Positions 1-9,321 are shown, counted from the stretch's first letter. The stretch: 64,000 nucleotides of DNA from Candidatus Latescibacterota bacterium (GCA_965217865.1 CBDCJO010000001.1:320001-384000), one strand, 5' to 3'. Program-made: numbers and translations. Notes: generated from the letters alone by a model not told the origin.

Positions 1-320
1 TTGTCAAGGCGCTGGTAGTATACCAGGGAATTCCCGCCACGTCCGTCAAGGCAGTCTTTCCCGGGGACGAGCGACCCTCCGCCTGCCACGTGGTGGCTGA
101 TACAATGGGAATGAAGTACAAAACGGTGCGCAAGGTCTGGCAAAATCGCAAATGGGACAAATTCAAAGAAGCGTTTGGGTTGTATATCGAGACCGGAGAC
201 AGGAAACATTATAATCGCGCCATGAGTATGAATCTTTTCATCAAAAACGACCGTCGCCGGAGGGTCCGAGCGAGAACCAAAACGACCGTCAAAAAGAGGG
301 CTGATCGAGCGGTCGATTGA
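1..320 (+). CDS. Hypothetical protein, 5'-truncated by the window edge; paralog of 1219..1875
   Basis: SACHVVADTMGMKYKTVRKVWQ...KHYNRAM..NLF matches SACHMVADSMGMKYKAVCKIWQ...KHYNRAMGLNLF. Confidence 0.75.
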   Translation, partial: VKALVVYQGIPATSVKAVFPGDERPSACHVVADTMGMKYKTVRKVWQNRKWDKFKEAFGLYIETGDRKHYNRAMSMNLFIKNDRRRRVRARTKTTVKKRADRAVD

Positions 321-436
321 GTGTCCGGGCTGGAGATGGGTATGGATCTGTTCGATTGGAGATGATGGGAGACTTCTAAAGGCTGGTTCTACCCGGCACT
401 GGCATTAGCCAGCACAGAGGGGATACCTTAAGCAAA

Positions 437-1048
437 ATGATCAAATGTTTCGCGTTGTCTGTTGGAATCGGTGCGTTGTTATTGATACTCGAACCAGAGA
501 CTGCGCACGCAGAACAGGTGGCATATAAACAGTACAACAACTGTCGTGTGATCACCAACCGTGATGAATTCACCGACAAAGACACCACTTTACTTATGTG
601 TGACGGCAGTGGCATCGGTCTGGACACCTGGGATGAAATCGACTTGAAGACGGGCAAATTGACCGGTTCGTCCCCGGGGTATTATGGAATTGCTATCATT
701 TCCGATGGGACGGGATGGAGTCTCGTCCTTAGAACCGGACTCCAGTTTCATGCAGACGGTCTGATAAAGGTACGTTATCGCTTTGGGAAGACACAGCATA
801 AAGAAGAAACATGGGCTTGGTTGACGGAGCCAGCAGCAGCGGATTCGTCAGTGGGTCAGGGTTACGCAGTGACGCTTTCTAAGAAAAAATCCCAGACGTT
901 TCTCAAGAACATGACCTCGACCGAGCACATAGTTTTTCAGATCGGTCAAAATATAAATAGAGGGTTTGTTAAATTCACTGACCAGACAAAAAGCGCGGTA
1001 GCTGATTTTCGGAAACGCTTAGATGGCCACTACCCCGATGACGAATAA
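437..1048 (+). CDS. Secreted hypothetical protein
   Basis: 203-aa ORF with an N-terminal hydrophobic signal peptide ending AHA. Confidence 0.65.
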   Translation: MIKCFALSVGIGALLLILEPETAHAEQVAYKQYNNCRVITNRDEFTDKDTTLLMCDGSGIGLDTWDEIDLKTGKLTGSSPGYYGIAIISDGTGWSLVLRTGLQFHADGLIKVRYRFGKTQHKEETWAWLTEPAAADSSVGQGYAVTLSKKKSQTFLKNMTSTEHIVFQIGQNINRGFVKFTDQTKSAVADFRKRLDGHYPDDE

Positions 1049-1060
1049 AGGCAGGTCGTT

Positions 1061-1219
1061 TGGGTTGAAAAGACGAACCATCCTCGCGAAGTTGCCGAGG
1101 CGGCGTTGGCACATGTCATCAGGGACAAGGCCGAGGCGGCCTATGCGCGTTCGGACCTCATCGATCACCGTCGCAGGCTCATGGACGATTGGGCGGCCTA
1201 CCTGAATGGAGGCTGCTGA
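1061..1219 (+). pseudogene. C-terminal fragment of a P4-type tyrosine integrase
   Basis: Translates as WVEKTNHPREVAEAALAHVIRDKAEAAYARSDLIDHRRRLMDDWAAYLNGGC*, closely matching the end of the 9841..11067 integrase. Confidence 0.9.
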
Positions 1220-1875
1220 TGAAAATAGACCTGCTTGATTACATATGGTTTATGTGGGATCATGAATCCTACGTATGGGCACCTAACCGGTGGGAGAGGA
1301 AGAGGGGCAAATATGGCTCTTTTGTTTACGGCGATGACAAGGAGATCAAGAGGTGGATCGATGCATCTGAAACAAATTGGACCGCCTGGCAGGGTCTTCA
1401 AGACTTGTTAGATGCCTTCTGGACGGACAAGCATCCTATTCATATCGAGTTAATGCTCCGGGGGAAGGACAACATTCCGCCCGCGTTGTTGGAATGGGCA
1501 AAGGACGTCGCGAGAGGCAAGCGCAAAGCACCGAAGCGGAAGAGAGGTCCAGACGGTTTTGAGAACATCCTTTGCGACCGCTTCATTGTGATATATGTGG
1601 CGGGGCTGGTAAACTGTGGTGGCTTTCCCGCAACAAAGTCTATCGGGGAGTTATGCCCAGACGAGGAGGCGTACGAGGACGAGGACAAGTCCGCCTGCCA
1701 CATGGTGGCTGATTCAATGGGGATGAAATACAAAGCGGTGTGCAAGATCTGGCAACATCCCAAATGGAAGGAATTCAAAGAAGCGATCGGATTGTATTTC
1801 CAGACCGGGGACGAGAAACATTATAACCGCGCGATGGGCCTGAACCTTTTCAAAAACGACCGCCGCCCCGTTTGA
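1219..1875 (+). CDS. Hypothetical protein, coupled to the integrase fragment
   Basis: ATG at 1219 follows GGAGG and overlaps the fragment stop (TGATG); paralog at 1..320. Confidence 0.75.
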   Translation: MKIDLLDYIWFMWDHESYVWAPNRWERKRGKYGSFVYGDDKEIKRWIDASETNWTAWQGLQDLLDAFWTDKHPIHIELMLRGKDNIPPALLEWAKDVARGKRKAPKRKRGPDGFENILCDRFIVIYVAGLVNCGGFPATKSIGELCPDEEAYEDEDKSACHMVADSMGMKYKAVCKIWQHPKWKEFKEAIGLYFQTGDEKHYNRAMGLNLFKNDRRPV

Positions 1876-1940
1876 GGGTCCGGATTGGTGGTCGTTTTGA
1901 GTTCCGGGCTGGAGGTCGTTTGAGGGTCCGGACTGGAGAA
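1869..1940 (+). repeat. Three tandem imperfect 24-bp repeats (CGTTTGAGGGTCCGGACTGGAGGT-like)
   Basis: Units at 1869, 1893 and 1917; related single copies at about 311, 1054 and 3984. Confidence 0.85.
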
Positions 1941-1999
1941 CGAAACGACGCCGACCCCATCAATTCGAGATAAGGTTCGATTTCAGAAAGGAGAATCGC

Positions 2000-2641
2000 G
2001 TGATGAAACGAGCTACTGCAAGCTTGCTACGACTGCTGTGCTCTGCTGTTCTTGTGCTCTTGATAGCGAATCCGACGAGTTCCAAAACTGCGCTGGAGAG
2101 CGACAATAAAACTCTCGATCTTTCGGCTCAGTTGTCGGACGCAGATGTGGTGTACCTAAAGAATGGAAGTGTCATACGAGGTACAGTTGTTGAATTGGTA
2201 CCCGGCTTGACGGTCAAGATTCGCATCAGTGACGGAAGCGTATTCGTCTACGAAATGGATGACGTGGAAAGGATTGGAAAAGCGCCCGTAGGCGTTCACC
2301 CCTCCAATGCAAACACAGTTCACAAACAGATTGCGCGCTGGGGTCTCGCATCAATGATGGCAGCGACACTTGTCGGTTCTTTTGCAATGGACGACGAGTT
2401 CGCAGGCACAACGATCATCCCTGTAGTCGGACCTTTTATAACCCTTACTAGGGTCGAAAAAGATCCCAATGCTTTCTATCGACCTGGTGGTAAGGAATTG
2501 CTAATTGCTTCAGGTGTCGCTCAAACTGGATTCTTGATATATTTCATCGCATCTTGGGTAAGCGAGAAGTCTAATAACGCGAAATTCACCGTTTCACCAT
2601 CGCCGCGCTTAGTTGGTGCAACGATGCGATATAGTTTCTGA
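2000..2641 (+). CDS. Exported/membrane hypothetical protein
   Basis: Signal peptide, DVVYLKNGSVIRG small beta domain, C-terminal hydrophobic segments; RBS AGGAG. Confidence 0.7.
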   Translation: MMKRATASLLRLLCSAVLVLLIANPTSSKTALESDNKTLDLSAQLSDADVVYLKNGSVIRGTVVELVPGLTVKIRISDGSVFVYEMDDVERIGKAPVGVHPSNANTVHKQIARWGLASMMAATLVGSFAMDDEFAGTTIIPVVGPFITLTRVEKDPNAFYRPGGKELLIASGVAQTGFLIYFIASWVSEKSNNAKFTVSPSPRLVGATMRYSF

Positions 2642-2686
2642 GAAACAGTAACTTTCCGACCCCCAAAAACCCCGGAGGAGTTTTCA

Positions 2687-3979
2687 TTGCGGTCATGCAT
2701 CTTTCTGTCTGTCTTTATTCTTGTTTGCGCGGTCGCGTATGCGTCGCAGGAAAGATTGATCGGCGATCTGGACGGCAACGGCACCGTGGATCTGGATGAC
2801 TTCTTCATACTTGCTTCCAATTTCGGCAAGACGGGCGGGGAAGTCTTCGACGCAGGCTCCGTTAAAGTTGATACCGTTGTGGTTCTGGATACCCTTGTGG
2901 TAAGAGATACCCTTCTTACCGTTGTGTTTCGAGATACCCTTACCCTTGTGGTAAGAGACACGACGTTTCTCGTAGTCAACTCAGCACCAGTCATTGAAAC
3001 TGTTTACGGAAGTGGAATAGTTTACAGAAATGGAAGGGTTTACATAGATGGAAGGTGGTATGGAGGGTCTGAAGAACCATCGATCACCGTCGAGTCTGGG
3101 GGATGGCAACAACCAGTTGAGCTTGTTCAAGCGATCTGTGAGAGTGTTCAGAAAATCTTGTCAGAACCACTGGTTTGTGCTCTCGATTCTGATATCGTCG
3201 TTCGGCATGTCGAACCGGAGGGGCCGAGAGTACTATACTCACGCGCCCCAAACGGCTCTTACGTGATCTGGTTGGACACGGAAGACACGAACTTTAAGCA
3301 GAACGTCTTTCAATTCGCCCACGAGTATGGCCACCTGATGAGTAACTATTATCAGACACTAAGCAGACAGAATAAATGGTTTGATGAATCGCTGTCAAGT
3401 ATGGCCTCGTTGTACGTTTTGAGGAAGATACATGAGAAGATCCTGGCTGGGTATTATCTCAACGTATATGTTCCAAGCACAAACACGACATGGTATCTTC
3501 ATAATGCGATGAGGCATGAGCTCCTATTCTACGCAGAAGAAAATATACCTGGCCACAGAATGGAGGCGGCACGATTCAAGGCGTGGTTTAGGGCACGGCG
3601 TTTTGAATTAACGCAAAATCCTGTTAACAGGGGATACAATGATATGATCGCTCACAATCTAATTGATATTTTCGAAACCAACCCGGAGGCGTGGAACGCT
3701 GTCCGCTTTCTGAATATGCAAGGACCGGTTTCGTGGGACCAAAATCAGGATTTTGAAACATATCTCTACGGCTGGTATTTGAGGACGCCGGCCAGATGGC
3801 AAAAATACGTTGTGGAGCTTGCAAGCCGCTTCGGATACTTCCCAGCCAGTAAACCGGCATTAGCCTTAGGCACAAAGGGGATACAACCGTGGCGTGGGAT
3901 GGGCGAACCCAAAGGGTCCAGCCATCCATTGACGATTGAGGAAATCGAACGCGGGAATACAAGAAGAGACGGCCGATAG
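2687..3979 (+). CDS. Secreted zincin-like metallopeptidase with N-terminal dockerin/EF-hand-like motif
   Basis: Signal peptide; GDLDGNGTVDLDDFFILASNFG; DT-repeat linker; FAHEYGH with downstream WFDE (gluzincin-like). Confidence 0.75.
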   Translation: MRSCIFLSVFILVCAVAYASQERLIGDLDGNGTVDLDDFFILASNFGKTGGEVFDAGSVKVDTVVVLDTLVVRDTLLTVVFRDTLTLVVRDTTFLVVNSAPVIETVYGSGIVYRNGRVYIDGRWYGGSEEPSITVESGGWQQPVELVQAICESVQKILSEPLVCALDSDIVVRHVEPEGPRVLYSRAPNGSYVIWLDTEDTNFKQNVFQFAHEYGHLMSNYYQTLSRQNKWFDESLSSMASLYVLRKIHEKILAGYYLNVYVPSTNTTWYLHNAMRHELLFYAEENIPGHRMEAARFKAWFRARRFELTQNPVNRGYNDMIAHNLIDIFETNPEAWNAVRFLNMQGPVSWDQNQDFETYLYGWYLRTPARWQKYVVELASRFGYFPASKPALALGTKGIQPWRGMGEPKGSSHPLTIEEIERGNTRRDGR

Positions 3980-4341
3980 GGCCGTCGTTTGAGAGTCCGG
4001 GTTAGCCGTTATTCGGCTCCCTGGCTGCGGGAATCGGGGCACTCTAACGACTTAATCGCCCCAACATGGGTTTCAACCCGCGTTTGGACTTATCGCCCCA
4101 CAGAGAAGCGCGGGAGGGATACTTCCCCTTCCCGCGCCCGTAAACGGCTCCTAAGCGACTTTCCCAAAAACCCACATAAACCAACCCATCCCGGAGTAAG
4201 AAAGCAGGAGGGCGGGGCGGTTCCCGTGGCTCAGCTGCCTAATTTGGGCAGAAGGCGGAGCCGCTGGATGAATAGTTCAGGACTAGGGAGGTGGAACAAA
4301 CAGCTGCTTGATCGTCAGGAGTAAAGTTTGCGTCGTTACCT

Positions 4342-4587
4342 GTGACCCCTGCTTTCGTAGATAGTCCCGCGCCTCGTTCCAAAGCCTACCTTCAGAAGCA
4401 CGCACGTATCGTTGGATGGGGTGTTGTCGGTGCCGCACTGCTGGGGCCGGTGGGTCTATTAGCCGGTCTTTTGGCTGGTGGGCAAGGGAAAGACGTGACC
4501 TTTGTCTGCGTATTGAAGGATGGCCGCCGGTTCATGGCGACCGCGCCATCAAAAGTCTACAAAGAGATAGCAGCAAGCAGATTCTAG
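4342..4587 (+). CDS. Small glycine-zipper membrane protein, probably 5'-truncated
   Basis: GWGVVGAALLGPVGLLAGLLAGG followed by VTFVCVLKDGRRFMA. Confidence 0.5.
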   Translation: MTPAFVDSPAPRSKAYLQKHARIVGWGVVGAALLGPVGLLAGLLAGGQGKDVTFVCVLKDGRRFMATAPSKVYKEIAASRF

Positions 4588-4711
4588 ATGCGTGCTCATT
4601 GAATTCCTTTTCGATAATCTGCAACTGCTATGCGGTGGCGTGTGATGCTCCGAGAACGTGGTGTTTTTTCCGGCCAAGATATTAATTCCGACTTTCAATT
4701 GGGACATTCCG

Positions 4712-4844
4712 TTTTCGAAACCAACCCGGAGGCGTGGAACGCTGTCCGCTTTCTGAATATGCAAGGACCGGTTTCGTGGGACCAAAATCAGGATTTTGAA
4801 ACGTATCTCCACGGCTGGTATATGAAGGACGCCAGCCATATGGC
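4712..4844 (+). repeat. Near-identical duplicate of 3669..3800 (internal part of the peptidase gene)
   Basis: First 91 bp identical, then a few substitutions and a 1-bp indel. Confidence 0.95.
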
Positions 4845-4874
4845 GGCCCGGTTCCCGTGGAGGAACAGGCCGAT

Positions 4875-5342
4875 TTATTCCTTCCCCGCTTCGGGCAGCA
4901 GGTGGAGATGCTTTCCCTCGGCAATCAGCAGCCGCAAGGATTCGACATCCTTGTCGGTCAATGCCGACATATCGGGCTTCTGCAACGCCACCTCGCCGCT
5001 GTGCTGGAGTTCCTGGGGCTTATCGAGCCCAAGCAGCTTCGCCTCACGCTCCAGAAGCCTGAGTACGCGGTCCACTGCCGACAAGTCGCCTTCCATCGCC
5101 ATCGGCCACAACCGCAGCAGCAGTTGGTTGATTCGCAGGCGGTGGAGCTCGCGATACTTCTTGGTATGCGGGCATTCGGCAGCCGCCGACTCAAGGCGGG
5201 CGTGGATGTCCCGCCCTATAGTCCCACGTGAAAAGCCGGTCCGCGCCTCGATCTGCCTGTAAGTAAAGCCTTCCAGCACCAGTTTCATGACTGTGTCTCG
5301 GCGTTCCTCGCGTTGGGCCGCCATGCTTATCCGTTGTGCCAT
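4875..5342 (-). CDS. HTH protein, putative terminase small subunit-like
   Basis: N-terminal HTH (GFTYRQIEARTGFSRGTI) and LWPMAMEGDLSAVDRVLRLLEREAKLLGLDKP, a pattern seen in phage TerS-like proteins. Confidence 0.6.
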   Translation of the reverse strand: MAQRISMAAQREERRDTVMKLVLEGFTYRQIEARTGFSRGTIGRDIHARLESAAAECPHTKKYRELHRLRINQLLLRLWPMAMEGDLSAVDRVLRLLEREAKLLGLDKPQELQHSGEVALQKPDMSALTDKDVESLRLLIAEGKHLHLLPEAGKE

Positions 5343-5418
5343 ATTTATTAACTTCCTCCCTCTTCCCTTGTCCTGGTCTAAGGTGATCGACCCAGGGCCT
5401 GGGGGACCGATCCACCGA

Positions 5419-7995
5419 TCACGCCTTCGCCTTAGCCCGAGCTTTAGCCTTCGCTCGCTTCGCCCGACGCGTCGCTTCGATTATTTCCGCCTGCGCCTGA
5501 GCTTCGGCTTCCGCCTGAGTCAAGCCGCCATCAATCTGCCCGTGCGCCGCGCGTTCCTCAAACGTCTCCAGCTCCCCATCATCCAATCCTTCGATGAACG
5601 CCTTCATCTCCGCCGCTTCTTGATCGTCTTTACGAGGGCTTGCGCGATCTTCAGACCGTGGCACAATCCGTGACACCGGGCCGCTCTCCTCATCATCCAA
5701 TGCTTCTTTCTCCCCCCGCGCGGAGCAAGGGGATAAATCGCCGCCATCGCTGTCATCGCTGCCACCGTCCAATAATTTCAATGACTTACGCGTGGCGGGG
5801 ATGGAACGAACTCCGCCATCGCCGCCATCCCCGCCACCATCGCCGCCAACGGCAACAGGTTGTTTATCCAGTTGTTTATTTTGAGGCGTGGCGGGGATGG
5901 CGGGACTGGCGGGGTTTTGCGCCTTTTCTCCGCCGCTGGGTCTCTTGGTTATTCTCCACCATCTGGAACCCTTGTGCCGGTCAAGCTTTTCGCATTCGAT
6001 CCCCGTCTCTCGCAGACTGGGCGCCAACCGTGCGAGACGGAAACCCAGCGCACTCGCGGTCGCGGGCCATCCTCTCGCCTTGCGCTGGAAATCGGACCCG
6101 AGGCCGTTCAGCCTTTCCAGCAGATCGGTCGTCGTTCCCTCGAACGACCCGGTGCCGTCGATCAGCTTGACCACGGTGGCGCCGATGGCGCTCGACTCAA
6201 TGACGGCTTCGTTCGCCGCCGCGCGATTCGCGCCATAGGCCTTCATGAAAGCTCCTTCGGGCCAGAGCGCGGGCTCACAAGCCGTTGCCCACTTCGCGAA
6301 ATCTGCCATGCGGGGCAGGCGTTCCAGGCGCACGGTGGGCAGTCGGCGCAATCCCTCGGATATGGCGTCCAACAACGCGCCCAGGATGCGCGGCCGGCAC
6401 GCTTCAAAGTCCATGAGCAGGTCGCTTTCAAGGCGTCGCTGGGTTTCCGGGATCAGATCAAGGGTGAGGTGGATCGCCCGGTCGGCGAGATCGCCTCGCG
6501 TGATGATGTCACCGATGCCATTGATGATGACCGGGCGCGTCGCGTTAAGGATCGTCTCCTCGTCGTCGGTGTAAAGGGTTCTTGTTGCGTAACCGCCGCC
6601 GGTTGCCATCCGGCACAGCACATCGGACAGCCAGGGAGGCAGGCCGGACACGTTGTCGAAGGCCAGCACGTGCGCCCAACGCGCTGCGATGAAGACGTCG
6701 CGATCGTCGCGTGGTGGCGACCGCAGCGGCATCGAGGACGGATCCACAAGGGAGCGCAGCAGCCGGCAAAGCGTGCTTTTTGCGGTGCCCTGCTCGCCGC
6801 CGAGCGCGAGCACGGGGTACGGCCCTTCCGGGTTCAACGCGGCAAGGAGCCACGCGATGGCAAGCTGGAAATCGCTCTCACGACTTACGTTGCAGAACTT
6901 CTGGAGGGCCGCCAACGATTCGGCCCGGTCCCCAGACTCCGGCACGGGCAGCGCCTGCATTGATTCACTGCGCCGGAACCGAACGGGTGGATCGGACACA
7001 ATCCGCCACCCGCTGACGTCCACCTCGACGGCGCGCCAAGCTTTGTCGGCCAGGTCAATGTAGAGCTTCTGGCCGTCCTTTCCCACGCGAAGGAATACTT
7101 GCCGCCGGGCCGGATCGCGAATGGTCTTCGCTTCGAGCGTGGCGATAGCCTGTTTCATCGCCTCGGCTCTTGGCGACTTTTCCTCAGCGTCATAGAAAGC
7201 AAGCCGCAGCCAGCGCCGGAAGCCCTTCGATTCAACGGCCCACGTCTCGCGATGACCGTCTACGGTCAAGTCGGCAAACGCTGCTTCGTCTTCGTCCGCA
7301 AAAAAGGCGGCATTCCTTAGCGCGAGCGTGATCAGCCGGTCGGCTTGCGATGGACCGCGCGGGGACGGTCGGGCGGCCCGGTCTTCGGCAACCGCTTCAG
7401 CCTCGGCCAGCAACTTGTCAAGGTCGATCCCGGCGGGCGGATCGTCCGCCAGGTCCCAGCCCTTCGGCAGGCCGTCGGGCAGCCGCACGACCCGCGCCGA
7501 GGCCGCGCCCGCTTGTTCTGCCAACCGCGTCACATTCTCCGCGAAACCCGCGCCCGCCTCGTCGTTGTCCGGCCACACCGTCACGTCCCGGCCCTTGACC
7601 GGAGACCAGTCGGTCTTGTGCGGTGACTTGGCGCCGTGCATCGGCGTTGTCGCCACGGTGTCGGGGAACCGCCTGGCCGCCGCCTCGGCGCTCTTCTCGC
7701 CCTCGCACACCAGAACAGGCGCATTAGGCCGATCGAGGATCCCAAGCAGATTAAACAGGGGGCGCGGCTCGGGCAGTCCGGCCACACGCAAGCGTCCGTC
7801 TTTGAGGACCCATAGTGGCCGGAATACCTTGCCTTTTTCGGTCTCGAACCGCAAAGCATAGCCGACGATCCGGCCTTTGGCGTCATGGTAGGGCCACGTG
7901 AAAGACGGCTTGCCGAATTCGGGGTGACTGTAGTCGTGGATGTTGGCGCCGCCGTTGGCGTTGCCGGGTCGGCGGATGGGGTCACCTTTATTCAT
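5419..7995 (-). CDS. TOPRIM primase fused to a P-loop ATPase/helicase (replication protein)
   Basis: TOPRIM motifs VLVCEGEKSAEAA and VWPDNDEAG; Walker A GEQGTAKS; Walker B-like LAFDN; C-terminal FEERAA..DGGL motif. Confidence 0.85.
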   Translation of the reverse strand: MNKGDPIRRPGNANGGANIHDYSHPEFGKPSFTWPYHDAKGRIVGYALRFETEKGKVFRPLWVLKDGRLRVAGLPEPRPLFNLLGILDRPNAPVLVCEGEKSAEAAARRFPDTVATTPMHGAKSPHKTDWSPVKGRDVTVWPDNDEAGAGFAENVTRLAEQAGAASARVVRLPDGLPKGWDLADDPPAGIDLDKLLAEAEAVAEDRAARPSPRGPSQADRLITLALRNAAFFADEDEAAFADLTVDGHRETWAVESKGFRRWLRLAFYDAEEKSPRAEAMKQAIATLEAKTIRDPARRQVFLRVGKDGQKLYIDLADKAWRAVEVDVSGWRIVSDPPVRFRRSESMQALPVPESGDRAESLAALQKFCNVSRESDFQLAIAWLLAALNPEGPYPVLALGGEQGTAKSTLCRLLRSLVDPSSMPLRSPPRDDRDVFIAARWAHVLAFDNVSGLPPWLSDVLCRMATGGGYATRTLYTDDEETILNATRPVIINGIGDIITRGDLADRAIHLTLDLIPETQRRLESDLLMDFEACRPRILGALLDAISEGLRRLPTVRLERLPRMADFAKWATACEPALWPEGAFMKAYGANRAAANEAVIESSAIGATVVKLIDGTGSFEGTTTDLLERLNGLGSDFQRKARGWPATASALGFRLARLAPSLRETGIECEKLDRHKGSRWWRITKRPSGGEKAQNPASPAIPATPQNKQLDKQPVAVGGDGGGDGGDGGVRSIPATRKSLKLLDGGSDDSDGGDLSPCSARGEKEALDDEESGPVSRIVPRSEDRASPRKDDQEAAEMKAFIEGLDDGELETFEERAAHGQIDGGLTQAEAEAQAQAEIIEATRRAKRAKAKARAKAKA

Positions 7996-8231
7996 CCAGG
8001 CGTCCTCCGCCTGGGCGCGTCCGGGAACAGGTCACCCGGCTTCATGCAGACGCCTGCGAGAATCGCTTTGTAATCGCAGCCAGCATGGCAATGGACCAAA
8101 ATCTTCCCGTTGTCACACTCGCGGATTGACAGGGACGGGGTTCGGTCATCGTGAGCTGGGCACCGAGCCGTCCATGAACGCTCGCCGACCTTGCGGACCC
8201 CCCTTAGCCGATCAAGAATCTGAAGGCTCAT
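7992..8231 (-). CDS. Stand-alone CHC2 zinc-finger (primase zinc-binding) protein
   Basis: CPAHDDRTPSLSI...HCHAGC; ATG at 8231 behind GGAGG; stop overlaps the primase start. Confidence 0.85.
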   Translation of the reverse strand: MSLQILDRLRGVRKVGERSWTARCPAHDDRTPSLSIRECDNGKILVHCHAGCDYKAILAGVCMKPGDLFPDAPRRRTPG

Positions 8232-8233
8232 GA

Positions 8234-8455
8234 TCAGGCCGTCCTCCGCCTGGGCGCACCCGCGTCGCGAGGGTCGGCTTCGATCTGCTGCGCGATCCAG
8301 CGTTCGATGTCCTCTCCTCTCCACGCCACCGCCCGCTTGCCGACGCGGCACGGTCGGGGGAAGGTCCCCTCGTTCATCTTGGCATAAATCGTCCCCCGGG
8401 AGAGCCCTGTTCGCGCTTCTACTTCGGGGCGCCGTAAAAACCGTTGGTTGATCAC
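8234..8455 (-). CDS. alpA: AlpA family phage regulator/excisionase
   Basis: RFLRRPEVEARTGLSRGTIYAKMNEGTFPRP..VGKRAVAW is the AlpA signature. Confidence 0.92.
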   Translation of the reverse strand: MINQRFLRRPEVEARTGLSRGTIYAKMNEGTFPRPCRVGKRAVAWRGEDIERWIAQQIEADPRDAGAPRRRTA

Positions 8456-8789
8456 GTCTTTCCTCCTGCGTTATGGGTTTGGTTACCATGCTCTCTCCTT
8501 TGCCGCCGACTGCTCCAGGATTGGGAGCAGTCCAGCACGCCCTAAAGAAACAGAACAAGTTTACATAAGTCAATCTACCCAAATGCTGATTTGGGTAGGT
8601 CTGAAGAGGGTAAACCATCCAGATATGTCTACTGTGCCAGAGGGGGGTATGCCGTTGAGGAATGGGGATAAAAATGAGGGGAACGACTGTTTTACAGAAA
8701 CCTAACTAACATATTTACCAATGATTTAACTTTTTAGACTGGGGGAGACCTCGACAGCGGCGGCAGGTGGCGGTCGAAAGGCGCGATCT

Positions 8790-9312
8790 ATGAACGGGAC
8801 TTCCAGCGGGAGCGACTTGCAAGCCCGTCTCCGGAAGAGGGCCGCCCGGGAGCGGGAACAAATCGAGGCGCTGGTGCAGAGCCAGCTCTGAGCATCTGCG
8901 GCGAGAGCTGGGGGCTGACGCGGGGGCTGTCGAACCGGATCGAAAGCCTCATTGAGACGCGGGCCGTACTCGAGGTGGAGATCGAAGAGCAGCGCCTTAC
9001 TCTGGAGCAGATCGAGCAGGCCGCGTGGGGGGGTGAGCCCGTCGAGAGGAGGAACGGGAGGTTCGTGGTTCTGCCTAGGGGGGTGCTCGCTTCTCCGCCC
9101 TGGAGCGTGGACGGGCGGCATGCCGTGAGGCTGTCGAGCGAGTGAAGGAGGTTTATGACCGAGTTAGAAGAGCGGTTGACGAGCACCTTGAGCGCGCTGT
9201 CGGAGCAGTACGAGGCTTTCGGGAGCAGATGAATCGGCTCGAAGAAGCGGTCAAGGACTTGAAGCCGCAGCTGGAGCGGACCGCAGGGCTGGCCGAGGAT
9301 TTGAAGCGGTAA
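8790..9312 (+). pseudogene. Degenerate plasmid mobilization accessory genes (MbeB-like and MbeD/MobD-like)
   Basis: ATG 9155 after AAGGAGG reads MTELEERLTSTLSALSEQY (MbeD-like start), then frameshifts. The upstream coiled-coil ORF from 8790 is interrupted by TGA. Confidence 0.45.
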
Positions 9313-9321
9313 GTTGAGTTC

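Noticed and set aside
1869-1940. CRISPR array
   Set aside because: The repeats are contiguous with no unique spacers, and there are no cas genes.
241-4010. Classical integron
   Set aside because: No clear RYYYAAC...GTTRRRY attC structures, and the integrase is P4-type rather than IntI.
3669-4844. Diversity-generating retroelement TR/VR pair
   Set aside because: Differences are not confined to adenines of one copy, include an indel, and no reverse transcriptase is present in the window.
4630-5262. 210-aa plus-strand ORF
   Set aside because: Chimera of the duplicated peptidase segment and the antisense of the TerS-like gene.
5640-8705. Multiple plus-strand ORFs over the primase region
   Set aside because: Antisense shadows of GC-rich genes with no recognisable motifs.
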